Assembly (NCBI GenBank): GCA_964501035.1
Contig: CAZCRK010000009.1
Location: 1 to 39,407 of the forward strand
Reading direction: 5' to 3'
Length of the DNA: 39,407 nt
Made by a program: the position numbers and the translations under genes. The notes under the pieces were generated by a model. The model was not told the origin of the DNA, did not search any database, and saw only the letters and a list, made by a program, of their open reading frames with translations. How positions within the stretch are numbered: position 1 is the first letter of the stretch; every line of letters begins with the position of its first letter. Positions 19,938 to 30,562 of the stretch are shown here, in pieces.

Positions 19938-21719
19938 TTATTCTACTTTTACTAATAAATGGTCTTCAAAATAACAACGGGATATGGATGCATTTTCATA
20001 CGTCCACATTTCATAATAATGTCCAAATTTAGTATCTTTATCAATAGCCATTGGAATACCTAATATTTCTTCTACTTCGTGGTAGGTGTTTCCTAATTCT
20101 ATCTTGGCAATTGGTTGAGAGGTTGAAAACTTTTGTTTTCTTTTTTGAAGTAAGTGGTGAATCCTATCGGAAATATCTATTGTTTCCTTCTTATCTAGCT
20201 TCAACTTCAATTCATCAATGAGTGGTTGAAATTCACCATGCCGTTCGGGTTTTAACTCAATAATATGTTCTAGTGACATGATTGCCAATTGAATTCCGGA
20301 ACTATCCTTAGTTTGATTGACATCTCTAAGTAAACCCTCAACAATTTTATTGGTTTTAATTATGAATTCTTCTCGTAAACTGGGGTCTAACTCCAATGCA
20401 ATATGGTATTGTTCCAATGCATTTACATAATTCCCACCGATACATATAATATCCCCTTTTCGGAGCAATAACTGAGCCAATACTTCATCGGCTAGTTGAA
20501 ACAGTTTTGGGGAAAGTGTTCGTGCATTAATTATCATTTTTTCAGCGACATTAAATGACATCGTTTCAAAATGCATCGAAACACTATCAAGCAATGCAAT
20601 AGCCATATCATTTTTTCGAGATTGAATTTCAAACTTTAAATTAGCATCACCCGTTTGCATTGCCTTATCAAATAAATCAACTGCAGAATTGAAATCCTCT
20701 TCGTCTATTTTTACTAATGCTTGTTCAAAATATTGATATGGAATTTGTGAATAACATAAATCTAAATATTTTTTTGCTTTTTTCTGACGTGCATGGTTTG
20801 GATATCCACGTAAAAAGGATTCAAAATTGTGTGATGCTGTAACATAATCACCCAATAACATTTGTGAATATGCATCATCTCCAATAGTCCTTCGCCCTCC
20901 AAACGTTGCACCAAATGTTAAATACATTCCAAATCCGCGCATGTCTAAACCAGTAATAGGAGATATGCCGTCAGGGTCATTAATCACATTAAGTCGCGTT
21001 CTATTCCATTTTGCTTCAATACCGTACGTAAAGGCATATGTTTGGGTAGCACTTCGAGTTAAAAATTTGATTCCTATTGCAAAACTTTCATTAACTCCAG
21101 TACCATTTAAGTACCTCTCACCACCAACAGATTCATATAAACTTGCCCAGCTATATCCAACAGAATGATACACGTAAGGGTGCATCCATTCCCACCATTG
21201 AATAGCTATACTTGTGTTCACATTTGCATCTTGAATGAATGGTCGAAACCGATATGTTGTACCATCCGAATCCATATCATCCCACCCATCTGGTAGATTG
21301 GGATTACTTAGCATTGTGGTTAATCTGTAACCTAAACCAAATTGCACATCCACAAAATTTTGATTAATAATATGACGTAAAAAATTGGTTTTAAATACAT
21401 CAATTTCGAAAAATAAACCCGTTCTATTTGCAAAGCTATTGATGATATCAAAATTGGTATCTGCCGTTGTTGAATCGAGCAAAACTGGGGATTCACCTAA
21501 CGAAAAATCTTGATGGATTACCTTGTCCCAATAATCTGAACCTCCATAGGTGAAATATCCTGCCTTTAACTCATAGGGTGAAAATGTAATGGGTTTTCTA
21601 AATGTCATTTGATATGTCGCAGAATTCCAAAATTTATCAAACCATGTTGTATTCCATTGAGATGGTTCAGCAAATATGATTGAAAATAAACAGAAAGTAG
21701 CAAAGAATCGGAAATTCAT
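19938..21719 (-). CDS. Exported protein: beta-rich N-terminal domain, TPR-like helices, C-terminal SmpA/OmlA(BamE)-like domain
   Basis: Signal peptide ..FSIIFA; alternating aromatic beta-strands (VQFGLGYRL, FTYGIEAKW, YLTFGATF); TPR-like ALEQYHIALELDP; tail IELGNTYHEVEEILGIP..EMWTY..YFED. Confidence 0.7.
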   Translation of the reverse strand: MNFRFFATFCLFSIIFAEPSQWNTTWFDKFWNSATYQMTFRKPITFSPYELKAGYFTYGGSDYWDKVIHQDFSLGESPVLLDSTTADTNFDIINSFANRTGLFFEIDVFKTNFLRHIINQNFVDVQFGLGYRLTTMLSNPNLPDGWDDMDSDGTTYRFRPFIQDANVNTSIAIQWWEWMHPYVYHSVGYSWASLYESVGGERYLNGTGVNESFAIGIKFLTRSATQTYAFTYGIEAKWNRTRLNVINDPDGISPITGLDMRGFGMYLTFGATFGGRRTIGDDAYSQMLLGDYVTASHNFESFLRGYPNHARQKKAKKYLDLCYSQIPYQYFEQALVKIDEEDFNSAVDLFDKAMQTGDANLKFEIQSRKNDMAIALLDSVSMHFETMSFNVAEKMIINARTLSPKLFQLADEVLAQLLLRKGDIICIGGNYVNALEQYHIALELDPSLREEFIIKTNKIVEGLLRDVNQTKDSSGIQLAIMSLEHIIELKPERHGEFQPLIDELKLKLDKKETIDISDRIHHLLQKRKQKFSTSQPIAKIELGNTYHEVEEILGIPMAIDKDTKFGHYYEMWTYENASISRCYFEDHLLVKVE

Positions 21720-21829
21720 AAGTCAGAATTTAAAGAGAAAGTTGGGAAATTTGAAAGTAATAGAAGATTGAAAAATTATCATTTATTTCGTTTTAAACTC
21801 GCTGTACAATTTCTGTATCTTTTAGACCC

Positions 21830-22495
21830 ATGTTACATAGACTATTTATAATATTTATTATATTCAATATCTGCATATTTGCACAGAATAATGTTTCTCC
21901 TGGAGCATTCAGTATCACTCGCATACAATATGGCGGTGGTGGAGATTGGTATTCAGACCCCAGTTCACTCCCAAATTTATTGGAATTTGTTTCTGCAAAT
22001 ACGAATATTGTTGTTAACCCTCAGGAAAATAGAGCTGAAATTGGGGATGATATTTTTTATGCAAGCTCATATTTGTATTTAACTGGTCATGGGAATATCC
22101 GATTTAACGATGAAGAAGTCAATCAACTTAGAGACCATTTATTAGGGGGTGCTTTCTTACATGCTGATGATAATTATGGAATGGATGAATCGTTTCGACG
22201 CGAAATGAAAAAAGTATTTCCTGAGAAAGATTGGGTAGAACTCCCACCTACACACGATGTTTTTCATATATTGTTTGATTTCCCAAATGGATTACCAAAA
22301 GTTCATAAACACGATGAAAATCGTCCGCAAGCTTTGGCATTGTTTGATGAGGAAAAACTGATTGTACTTTATACCTACGAATCTGATTTAGGGGATGGTT
22401 GGGAAGATGCAAGAGTACATAATGATCCACCCAAAATTCGACAATCAGCATTAGAAATGGGAACCAATATTATTATAACCGCATTAAGTCGATAG
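21830..22495 (+). CDS. DUF4159 family exported protein
   Basis: YGGGGDWYSDP..LPNL, YLTGHGN, GAFLHADDNYG, PKVHKHD, ESDLGDGWED, MGTNI; signal peptide. Confidence 0.9.
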   Translation: MLHRLFIIFIIFNICIFAQNNVSPGAFSITRIQYGGGGDWYSDPSSLPNLLEFVSANTNIVVNPQENRAEIGDDIFYASSYLYLTGHGNIRFNDEEVNQLRDHLLGGAFLHADDNYGMDESFRREMKKVFPEKDWVELPPTHDVFHILFDFPNGLPKVHKHDENRPQALALFDEEKLIVLYTYESDLGDGWEDARVHNDPPKIRQSALEMGTNIIITALSR

Positions 22496-22496
22496 T

Positions 22497-25400
22497 ATGA
22501 ATTCAAGTATTCAGACTTTTCTACATCGGTTTAGACTAGCACAGGCAAAGGCAATGTTACAAAAAGGGTTCCTATTCTGGATTCCTGTTTTGTTGATTTT
22601 GTTAAGTCTTGTTGCAAGCTTTGAAGCAATATACTATCTTTCAGAATTTACTCGAGAGAGGATGTTTTATTTTCTGATTGTTTCTTGGTGTAGTACTGTT
22701 CTCTTTTTAATTTTTCGTTGGTTTATTCATAAAAATGGATGGATTAATAACAGCAATGATGCTGAACTAGCAAAAGTATGTGGGAGCAAAGATCCAGATA
22801 TTGCAGATCGACTTATAAATGCCCACCAGCTTCAAGCAACATCAGAAAATGATAAAGGAGCAGATTTAGCACGAGAAGCAATTGATAATATTGGAAAACA
22901 ACTCGCACAAAAAAATATCCAAAAATTAGTTGATAAACCATCTGAATCTTTTAAAAAAACCGTGATGTATGTTTTAGTTTTAACCCTCATTGGTTTTCTA
23001 AGTTTTGGTAAATTTACAATCCCTGCTTTTAATCGGGTTATTCATTACAATACTGACTATCCTGTTCCACTACCCTTTACCATTAGTTCTATTTCAGGAA
23101 ACCAACAAATTTTGGGTGGGGATTCTGTATCAGTCGCTATCGCTGGCATTGGTGATTTACCCGATTCACTGAATATTTATTGGAAGAACAATGAGGGTGT
23201 TCAACACATTTCTTCTCCAAATCAAGGTGAAGTTTTTAAACATCGGTTCAATACTGTAAGCACAGATTTAGAGGTTTGGGCTGAATATAAATCAAACTCT
23301 TGGTTTTCAGCATGGGATGTAATCAAATCAGAGACAGATACTATTTTTGTAACGGATAGGCCTATTGTTCAAGACGTGAAATTTACAATTATACCCCCAG
23401 CATATACCAATGAACAAACAACCACCGTTAATGGAATAAATTCTGATATCAATGTATTAGTAGGTAGTCGATTAAAAGTACACGCAACCTCTACCAAACC
23501 ATTGGATTTAGCGTGGGTTGTAACGGATTCAAGTCGGTTAAATCTCGAGGTTGTTGGGCATAATATTTCTGGAACATTTAATGTAAATGAAGATATGACC
23601 ATGGCTATTTTCTGCATTGATGAAAATAGTGTTGCCAATTTGCACCCTCCTCATTATCGAATTTCAACTATGCTTGATTATCCGCCCGACTTGATTATCC
23701 AATCTCCTAAACGAGAGTTTGAACTCGATGAATCAAATACGATTGAGTTATCTGCACAAACTAGTGATGACTTTGGTTTTTCAAGAGCATGGATTGATTA
23801 CAGAATAATTGCTCCTGATTATATTCAACAGGATACAACCATTTTTACTCAAGAAATTCCCGATATATTAACCAATGTGCGATCACAACAAATTATTTAC
23901 TTTTGGGATATTAACAACTTACAGCTTGCAATTGGAGATGAAATTCATTTTTGGATAAACATTTCTGATAATAACACCCTCTCGGGTCCAACTATTACTC
24001 GGTCTTCAGAATTTATAGGTCGATATCCTTCTCTAGAAGATTTGTTTGAGCGAATGGAAACTCATGAAGATGACATTGAAGAATATACAGAAGAAATAGA
24101 AATGTCTATTGAAGATGTTCAAGAATTAGTTGAAGAACTTGAACTTGAATTATTAAAGTCAGATGAAATGGACTGGGAACATCAACAAAAAGTTGAAAAT
24201 ACAGTTGAAAAAATGGAAGAGATTTTCAACCAAGTTGAACAAATTCAAGATGCAATGGAAGAATTGCAAGAACAAGCTGAAAAAAACAATTTAGTTGATG
24301 ATCAACTCATGGAAAAATTTGATAAATTTCAAGATCTAATGGACCAAATGATGACTCCAGAGCTCATGGAAGCATTGGAAAAAATGCAAGAAGCTATGAG
24401 CAAAATGGATCCACAAAAAATGTTAGATGCTCTGCAAAACTTTGAATATGATTTAAGTGAATTTGAAGAACAATTAGATCGATTCATAGAAATGTTCGAA
24501 ATGGCTATGGCCGAGCAGAAAATGGATGAGCTTGTAAAGCAAATGGAAGAAATGGTAAACGAGCAAAATCAAATTATGGAAGACATGAAGTCGGAAGAAG
24601 ATTTATCTAATTTAGCTTCACGAGAACGGCGACAAGAAGAGCGATTTAAACATGTTGAAAAATTAATGGATGATGCATCCGAAGCAATTGAAGATATTTC
24701 TGAGCAAGCCTCTGAACAATTACAACAATTAGCAGATAGTGAGCTCACAAAAGAGACCGCTGAACAATTAGAACAGACCCGAAAGGAAATGCAGAAAAAT
24801 AATCAACAAGGTGCTGAAAACTCTGGACAAAAATCCAGTGAAAATCTGCAAGAAATGCTAGAAGAAATGCAACATGCACAAGAGCAGTTTCAAAATCAAG
24901 CCATTGAAGAAATGATGAATGAATTTATGGCAGTTATTGTGAACATCTTATCCATATCAGAAAAACAAGAAACTCTCATTGCATTTTCAAAAGGCCTTCG
25001 ATCTAGCAGCCCACGTTTAGCTGAAACTGCATCACAGCAACATAAAATAAAGCGTAGTGCAGATCAATTGTTGAAACAAATTCTAATATTATCTAGAAAA
25101 ACATTCTACATTACACCACCCATTAATAGAGCAATAGGTAAAACTCAATTAGCTATGAATAAAAGTATTTCCAGTTTTGAACAAAAACGTGTAGGAAATG
25201 CTCGTAATGAACAGAAAAAAGTACTGAGTGGATTCAATAACACAGCATACTTGCTTCTATCTGCAATGAATGAGATGCAATCGAGCCAATCTGCATCTGG
25301 ATTTGAGCAATATATGGAAGCATTATCTGAAATGTCCCAACAACAGCAGGGAATCAATCAAGGTACAATGCAGTTGGGGCAAATGGGTATGATGGCTCAA

Positions 25401-25838
25401 CAACAAATGATGGAACAACTCCAGCAACAACAAGAAGGATTGCAAGAAAAGTTAGAAGATTTGTTAGGAGATATGCCCGGTGAAGAAACGGGTGGAATGG
25501 CAGCCGCAAATGAGGATATGGAAGACGTTATTGAAGATTTTAGACGAAAGCAAATTACTCGTGAAACAATTGAACGCCAAGAGCGGATTTTATCTCGTAT
25601 GTTAGATAGTCAAAAATCTATGAAACAGCGAGATTTTTCAGAAAAAAGAAAAAGCCAATCTGGAGATGAGTTTGAATATGTGGGACCTGCTGGTTTACCG
25701 GAAAATTTGGGTGATAGAAATCTTCTGTTTATAAAAGCTATGGAATCTGCATTGCAAGAAGGTCATTCTCGAGAGTATCAGGAAATGATGAAAACCTATT
25801 TTAGAGATTTACAAAAACAAACAGTAAAAAATGAATAA
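22497..25838 (+). CDS. DUF4175-like membrane-anchored protein with long Gln/Glu/Met-rich coiled coil
   Basis: About 3 N-terminal TM helices, DRLINA, PPAYT, DDFGFS, DNNTLSGP, long acidic coiled coil, RQERILSRMLD. Confidence 0.85.
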   Translation: MNSSIQTFLHRFRLAQAKAMLQKGFLFWIPVLLILLSLVASFEAIYYLSEFTRERMFYFLIVSWCSTVLFLIFRWFIHKNGWINNSNDAELAKVCGSKDPDIADRLINAHQLQATSENDKGADLAREAIDNIGKQLAQKNIQKLVDKPSESFKKTVMYVLVLTLIGFLSFGKFTIPAFNRVIHYNTDYPVPLPFTISSISGNQQILGGDSVSVAIAGIGDLPDSLNIYWKNNEGVQHISSPNQGEVFKHRFNTVSTDLEVWAEYKSNSWFSAWDVIKSETDTIFVTDRPIVQDVKFTIIPPAYTNEQTTTVNGINSDINVLVGSRLKVHATSTKPLDLAWVVTDSSRLNLEVVGHNISGTFNVNEDMTMAIFCIDENSVANLHPPHYRISTMLDYPPDLIIQSPKREFELDESNTIELSAQTSDDFGFSRAWIDYRIIAPDYIQQDTTIFTQEIPDILTNVRSQQIIYFWDINNLQLAIGDEIHFWINISDNNTLSGPTITRSSEFIGRYPSLEDLFERMETHEDDIEEYTEEIEMSIEDVQELVEELELELLKSDEMDWEHQQKVENTVEKMEEIFNQVEQIQDAMEELQEQAEKNNLVDDQLMEKFDKFQDLMDQMMTPELMEALEKMQEAMSKMDPQKMLDALQNFEYDLSEFEEQLDRFIEMFEMAMAEQKMDELVKQMEEMVNEQNQIMEDMKSEEDLSNLASRERRQEERFKHVEKLMDDASEAIEDISEQASEQLQQLADSELTKETAEQLEQTRKEMQKNNQQGAENSGQKSSENLQEMLEEMQHAQEQFQNQAIEEMMNEFMAVIVNILSISEKQETLIAFSKGLRSSSPRLAETASQQHKIKRSADQLLKQILILSRKTFYITPPINRAIGKTQLAMNKSISSFEQKRVGNARNEQKKVLSGFNNTAYLLLSAMNEMQSSQSASGFEQYMEALSEMSQQQQGINQGTMQLGQMGMMAQQQMMEQLQQQQEGLQEKLEDLLGDMPGEETGGMAAANEDMEDVIEDFRRKQITRETIERQERILSRMLDSQKSMKQRDFSEKRKSQSGDEFEYVGPAGLPENLGDRNLLFIKAMESALQEGHSREYQEMMKTYFRDLQKQTVKNE

Positions 25839-27714
25839 ACCCATACATCTAATACTAATTTTATTTTTTTCCTTGGTTTCATCTCAACCTCAAGGTATTT
25901 CACGAAATGCATTAGAAGATTTAAAACAAAAATCAAAATTACTTCAATCGGTTGATGAGGAATCTCGTAAAAAATTAACCCAAGCAATGTCGCTAGAAAA
26001 AGCTGGATTGTTTGATGAAGCCCTTCAAATATATTGGGAATTAAATACATCAAATCCGGGTGTTTTTGAATTTTATCTACCCTTAAAAAATCTTTTAAAG
26101 AGTCAAAAGAATTGGGGAAAATTGATTCAACTTGGACATCAATTCTCTAATGCCAAAAAACAGAATATAGAAAGTCAAATTGAGTTACTCGAGATTTACT
26201 TGCTAGCAGAAAAACCAGAAAAGTGGAGGCAGCTGTTATCTGAGTTATCAGCAAAATATTTTGATCAAGCAAGGATTGTAAAAAAAATTGTTACTATCGT
26301 CATCAATAATGGATTTCTTGATGAGGCATATGAAACTATAAAACATATTCGACTAAAATCTGAAAATAAAGATTTCTATTCAATGGAAATGGGAATGTAT
26401 TTCACATCACGAATGTCTTACGAAAATGCTATAATTGAGTTTTTATTATATTTAGAATACAATAGAAACCATGCTGAAATAGTTGCAGACCGGGTCATGC
26501 TTTTTCCAAATGCCCCAGAAGTTAATACAAAAGTTAGAAATCATTTAGTTTCGTCACCCATTTTAGAGGCAAACATTGCACTCTCTTACCTTGAGTTTAG
26601 AGAGAAAAGATATAGAGAGGCATATATAGCACTTCTCAAAAGTAAACCAAGTCCCAATGCATGTCTTGAATTTGGTAGAGAGTTATCATTAGTGAAACAA
26701 TTTGACCTTGCTGAAGAGGTGTTCTCAGCAATATTAGATATGGATGCAGATAGAAATGTTTTAGAATCTGCCATTTTTGAAATTGCAAATAGTTTTGAAA
26801 CAAAAACAATAAATGAATCCGCAAAACTTCCCATTTCTGGAATGTTTAAACAGAATATTTTCTTCCAATCTCCATATATTAAAATACAAGAAATCCAAAT
26901 GGAATCAATTCAAAAAGCAATTGTCATATATGACTCATTATTGTTGTCAAATCAAAACCCACAAGCCGCATTTCGATTGGCTGATATTCGATTCAAAGCT
27001 CTTGGAGATTTGGACGGTGCATCCAGTTTATTTGCTGATGTTGTCAATGCACCACAAAAAAAAGAACTACGTCAAAATGCATTGTTTCGTCTTGCTGATG
27101 TTTATATTGCAAAAGGCAATTTAGAAAAAGCGATGGAAATATTAAAATCTCAACCTCAGTTGTTTTCAGATGAGGTATCTAAAATAAATAATTTAATGAA
27201 ACAAAGTCAAATTCTATTTTATCAGGGGAATATGGTTGAGCTGGATTCATCACTGGTGAATTTATTGAAATCATCTGACAAAATGCACCCATTATTCAAT
27301 GATATTTTAGGACTTTACAGCACCGTTTTAGTATTTAAAGATACCCCTGAAATTTTTGATAAATTTGCAGAAAGTCAACTCAAAATAATGCAAAACAAAC
27401 GAACTGAAGCGATTGATATTTTAGAAGAAATAACGGAAACTCCAAGTAATATTGTAAATGAAATGGTGCAATACCAATTATCTCTTCTTCTCATGAAACA
27501 AGGGAAGATTGAGAAATCTCTATCCATTGTTTCAACCATACAAGGACATTCAATTTATACAGAAATGGCTATGATACTAAATGCTGAAATTCTTGACTTT
27601 CTGTTAAACAATGTGAGTAAATCAATTGATATTTATTTAGAGTTTTTGGAAACATATCCCAATAGCATTTACTATGATACTATCCGATTACGATTACGAG
27701 AGTTAGCGAGTTAA
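25831..27714 (+). CDS. Exported tetratricopeptide-repeat protein
   Basis: Signal peptide; all-helical; TPR-like ALFRLADVYIAKGNLEKA; C-terminal FLETYPNSIY..RLRLREL. Confidence 0.85.
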   Translation: MNKPIHLILILFFSLVSSQPQGISRNALEDLKQKSKLLQSVDEESRKKLTQAMSLEKAGLFDEALQIYWELNTSNPGVFEFYLPLKNLLKSQKNWGKLIQLGHQFSNAKKQNIESQIELLEIYLLAEKPEKWRQLLSELSAKYFDQARIVKKIVTIVINNGFLDEAYETIKHIRLKSENKDFYSMEMGMYFTSRMSYENAIIEFLLYLEYNRNHAEIVADRVMLFPNAPEVNTKVRNHLVSSPILEANIALSYLEFREKRYREAYIALLKSKPSPNACLEFGRELSLVKQFDLAEEVFSAILDMDADRNVLESAIFEIANSFETKTINESAKLPISGMFKQNIFFQSPYIKIQEIQMESIQKAIVIYDSLLLSNQNPQAAFRLADIRFKALGDLDGASSLFADVVNAPQKKELRQNALFRLADVYIAKGNLEKAMEILKSQPQLFSDEVSKINNLMKQSQILFYQGNMVELDSSLVNLLKSSDKMHPLFNDILGLYSTVLVFKDTPEIFDKFAESQLKIMQNKRTEAIDILEEITETPSNIVNEMVQYQLSLLLMKQGKIEKSLSIVSTIQGHSIYTEMAMILNAEILDFLLNNVSKSIDIYLEFLETYPNSIYYDTIRLRLRELAS

Positions 27715-27715
27715 T

Positions 27716-28975
27716 ATGAAAAAATATGTTCTAATTTTAACCATGTTTTTGATGCCTGTAATTTCACCAGCTCAAAAATTGTTAATCCCAATGGATCAAG
27801 CACAAACAGATCATTTGAAAGCCTATGGTATAGCATTTCATGCATTGACAAAAAAAACAAATGTTGATTGGTTGTTAAATTATCGTGGTGGGTCATTTAT
27901 GATTGATCACCTACCGTATATTGAGCAAGATTGTCAGCTTAGAGGAGTAACATGTGAGCCCATTGATGCTTCTGCAGTGGGGCAAATTTTAGCAACCTTG
28001 GAAGCTAATAATATGGATATGGTTTTGTTGGAAACTGAACCCAAAATTGCAGTTTACTCCCCTCCAGGAAAACAACCTTGGGACGATGCAGTAACACTTG
28101 CATTGGCTTATGCTGAAATCAAATATGATATTGTATTTGATGATGAAGTTTTGACTGGGAAACTAGAAGAATATGATTGGCTTCATTTACATCATGAAGA
28201 TTTCACAGGACAATATGGTAAATTTTATAAAAGTTATCACAATGCCCAATGGTATAAACAAATGGAAATTGATTTTCAAGCAACTGCACATAAACATGGA
28301 TTTTCAACCGTCCATCAATTAAAAAAGGCTGTTGCTTTTGCTATAAAAGAATATGTAAGCGAGGGTGGATTTATGTTTGCAATGTGTTCTGCAACGGATT
28401 CTTTTGATATTGCACTTGCATCGCTTCAAACTGATATTGCGCATAAAGTATTGGACGGAACCCCCATAGACCCTCATTATGAAAGAAAAATGAATTTTGC
28501 GAACTCAATAGCATTCGAAAATTATACACTTTACACAAATCCAATGGTGTATGAGTACTCAACTATTGATGTCCCGCCGAGTCATATGCCGGTTACTCGT
28601 GGTGCAGAAGCAGATTATTTTTCATTGTTTGAATTTTCAGCAAAATGGGATCCTGTACCCACAATGCTTACTCAAAATCATGTTTCAACTATTAATGGTT
28701 TTATGGGTCAAACAACTGGGTTTGACAGGCGTTTTCTAAAAAAACATGTACTTATTATGGGTGATGACCCTAATAGTAATCAAGTAAAGTATATTCATGG
28801 AAATGTGGGTAGAGGAACGTTTACCTTTTTAGGTGGACATGACCCAGAAGATTATCGGCACTTTGTTGGTGATCCTAAAACCGATTTATCCCTTCATAGA
28901 AATTCTCCAGGATATAGACTAATTTTAAACAATGTGCTTTTCCCAGCTGCTAGAAAGAAAGAGAAAAAGACTTAA
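27716..28975 (+). CDS. Exported class I glutamine-amidotransferase-like protein (family commonly labelled 'asparagine synthetase B' in FCB genomes)
   Basis: LIPMD..HLKAYG, WLLNYRGGSF, PWDDAVTL, DWLHLHHEDFTGQYGKF, FAMCSATD, GGHDPED, SPGYRLILNN; signal peptide. Confidence 0.82.
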   Translation: MKKYVLILTMFLMPVISPAQKLLIPMDQAQTDHLKAYGIAFHALTKKTNVDWLLNYRGGSFMIDHLPYIEQDCQLRGVTCEPIDASAVGQILATLEANNMDMVLLETEPKIAVYSPPGKQPWDDAVTLALAYAEIKYDIVFDDEVLTGKLEEYDWLHLHHEDFTGQYGKFYKSYHNAQWYKQMEIDFQATAHKHGFSTVHQLKKAVAFAIKEYVSEGGFMFAMCSATDSFDIALASLQTDIAHKVLDGTPIDPHYERKMNFANSIAFENYTLYTNPMVYEYSTIDVPPSHMPVTRGAEADYFSLFEFSAKWDPVPTMLTQNHVSTINGFMGQTTGFDRRFLKKHVLIMGDDPNSNQVKYIHGNVGRGTFTFLGGHDPEDYRHFVGDPKTDLSLHRNSPGYRLILNNVLFPAARKKEKKT

Positions 28976-29763
28976 CTAGAAGCTGACTCGTATCGTTTGA
29001 GACCTCGTTTCCAAACAAATCTAGATAGTATCATAAATGTTAGGGTTAACCCAACTTGAAGTGTAAAATATTTTAGATTTAATCCATAAAGCAGAAACCG
29101 TGTTGGAACAGACGAAATGAATGCCATGGGAACAAAAGTAAAAAGTGTTTTTCGTAATAATCCAGTGTAGATTGAATCTGGTCGTGTTGAAAATTTAAGA
29201 ACTTCATGACTGAGCCAACCGCCAACACTAAAATTCCTAAACCAAAATGTTGAACAGACAATAATAAAATCAACTGAGTACCATAGTAATGCTCCCATTC
29301 CAAATGAAAAAAGAAAATACAACCAATTTTGAAATGGAATATCTACCGAATATTGACCAACTAAGTTAATCAACATTGCACCTAAAATAAACAATGAAAC
29401 AAAAGCATATGATTTAACATAACGCATTGAAACTAAAAACTGGGAATGAACAGGCTTTAATAGATAAAAATCCAATTCACCTTTGACTGCAATTCTATTT
29501 AAATTGAACAAATTCCCTGAGAAGAAAAGCATATACACTGTATCTGCTAAAAAGGTAACTATTAAGAAAATTATCACATCTTCTCGAGAGAAATCTCCCA
29601 AGGCATCAACATACGAATAAATTACAGAAAAGAAAAAATAATGAATACCGTAAAATACAGCATCTACCAAAACTCCTGCCAAAAAGTTGGCTTTAAACTC
29701 CATATCACGAGTTAAACTATTATTAAAAAAACATTGCCACAATGAAAAGTATCTACGCACCAT
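28972..29763 (-). CDS. ABC-2 family permease (DUF990-type)
   Basis: About 6 TM segments, GELDFYLLKP, P..IY, RYESASS end. Start is probably ATG 29763 or GTG 29760 rather than 29772. Confidence 0.88.
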   Translation of the reverse strand: MVRRYFSLWQCFFNNSLTRDMEFKANFLAGVLVDAVFYGIHYFFFSVIYSYVDALGDFSREDVIIFLIVTFLADTVYMLFFSGNLFNLNRIAVKGELDFYLLKPVHSQFLVSMRYVKSYAFVSLFILGAMLINLVGQYSVDIPFQNWLYFLFSFGMGALLWYSVDFIIVCSTFWFRNFSVGGWLSHEVLKFSTRPDSIYTGLLRKTLFTFVPMAFISSVPTRFLLYGLNLKYFTLQVGLTLTFMILSRFVWKRGLKRYESASS

Positions 29764-30562
29764 ACCCTCCATACACTTTTATTCCAAATTTATACACAAT
29801 TTGACCAATAACTGTCATAACTACACACCACAAAACTGCAATTAGGATGTGCATACTCCATTCACTAACGGGAAGACGTCCTGTAGCTATACTCACAGGG
29901 AAATCAATTAAATACCGAATTGGTGTTAGTTCAATAATACGTTTCATCGTGTCTGGAAATAAATGAATAGGTATCACTTGTCCAGCAAGAACAATATTTG
30001 CAATATTGAACGTAACAACTAAAGACCGAACCTCACCAAACCAAAATGCAAAACACACCATTGCATAGTACATTGTATATGAAAGATAAACAGAAATGAT
30101 TAATGCTATAAAAAATCCAAAAATATGGAGTATTGTTGAAAATATAAATCCAGGAAAAAAGAACGGAAAAACAATAATAAGAACCGAATATGAAAGATAA
30201 AACAATGAATTATATCCAATAAAAATCATAAAATGATATGTGAAAAATGAAATTGGTCTAATCAAATATTTATTTAATTCCCCAGTTCGAATTGCATCTA
30301 TCATTTCCATAGATGTAGCCCATGATGATTTTAATTGACCAACAACCATGGAAAGGAAAATATATACCATGAGTCCAGAAAATGTAAATCCTCGTATTTC
30401 TTCTAATCCTTGCGTTTCAAAAATTTGTTTCCAAATTAAAAATTCAATCACTAGTCCAGAAAAAATAGCAAAAGTGCCTACAACGGTATTTGCTTTATAT
30501 TCAAGCGCTTGGATCCATGTCATTTTAATGACATAAAAATATTTATGAAAATTGGTTGTCAC
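29753..30562 (-). CDS. ABC-2 family permease (DUF990-type)
   Basis: About 6 TM segments, IRTGELNKYLIRP, LAGQVIPIHLFP. Confidence 0.88.
   Translation of the reverse strand: MTTNFHKYFYVIKMTWIQALEYKANTVVGTFAIFSGLVIEFLIWKQIFETQGLEEIRGFTFSGLMVYIFLSMVVGQLKSSWATSMEMIDAIRTGELNKYLIRPISFFTYHFMIFIGYNSLFYLSYSVLIIVFPFFFPGFIFSTILHIFGFFIALIISVYLSYTMYYAMVCFAFWFGEVRSLVVTFNIANIVLAGQVIPIHLFPDTMKRIIELTPIRYLIDFPVSIATGRLPVSEWSMHILIAVLWCVVMTVIGQIVYKFGIKVYGGYGA

Noticed and set aside
27716..28975. True asparagine synthetase (asnB)
   Set aside because: No N-terminal Ntn cysteine or SGGLDS motif, and the protein has a signal peptide.
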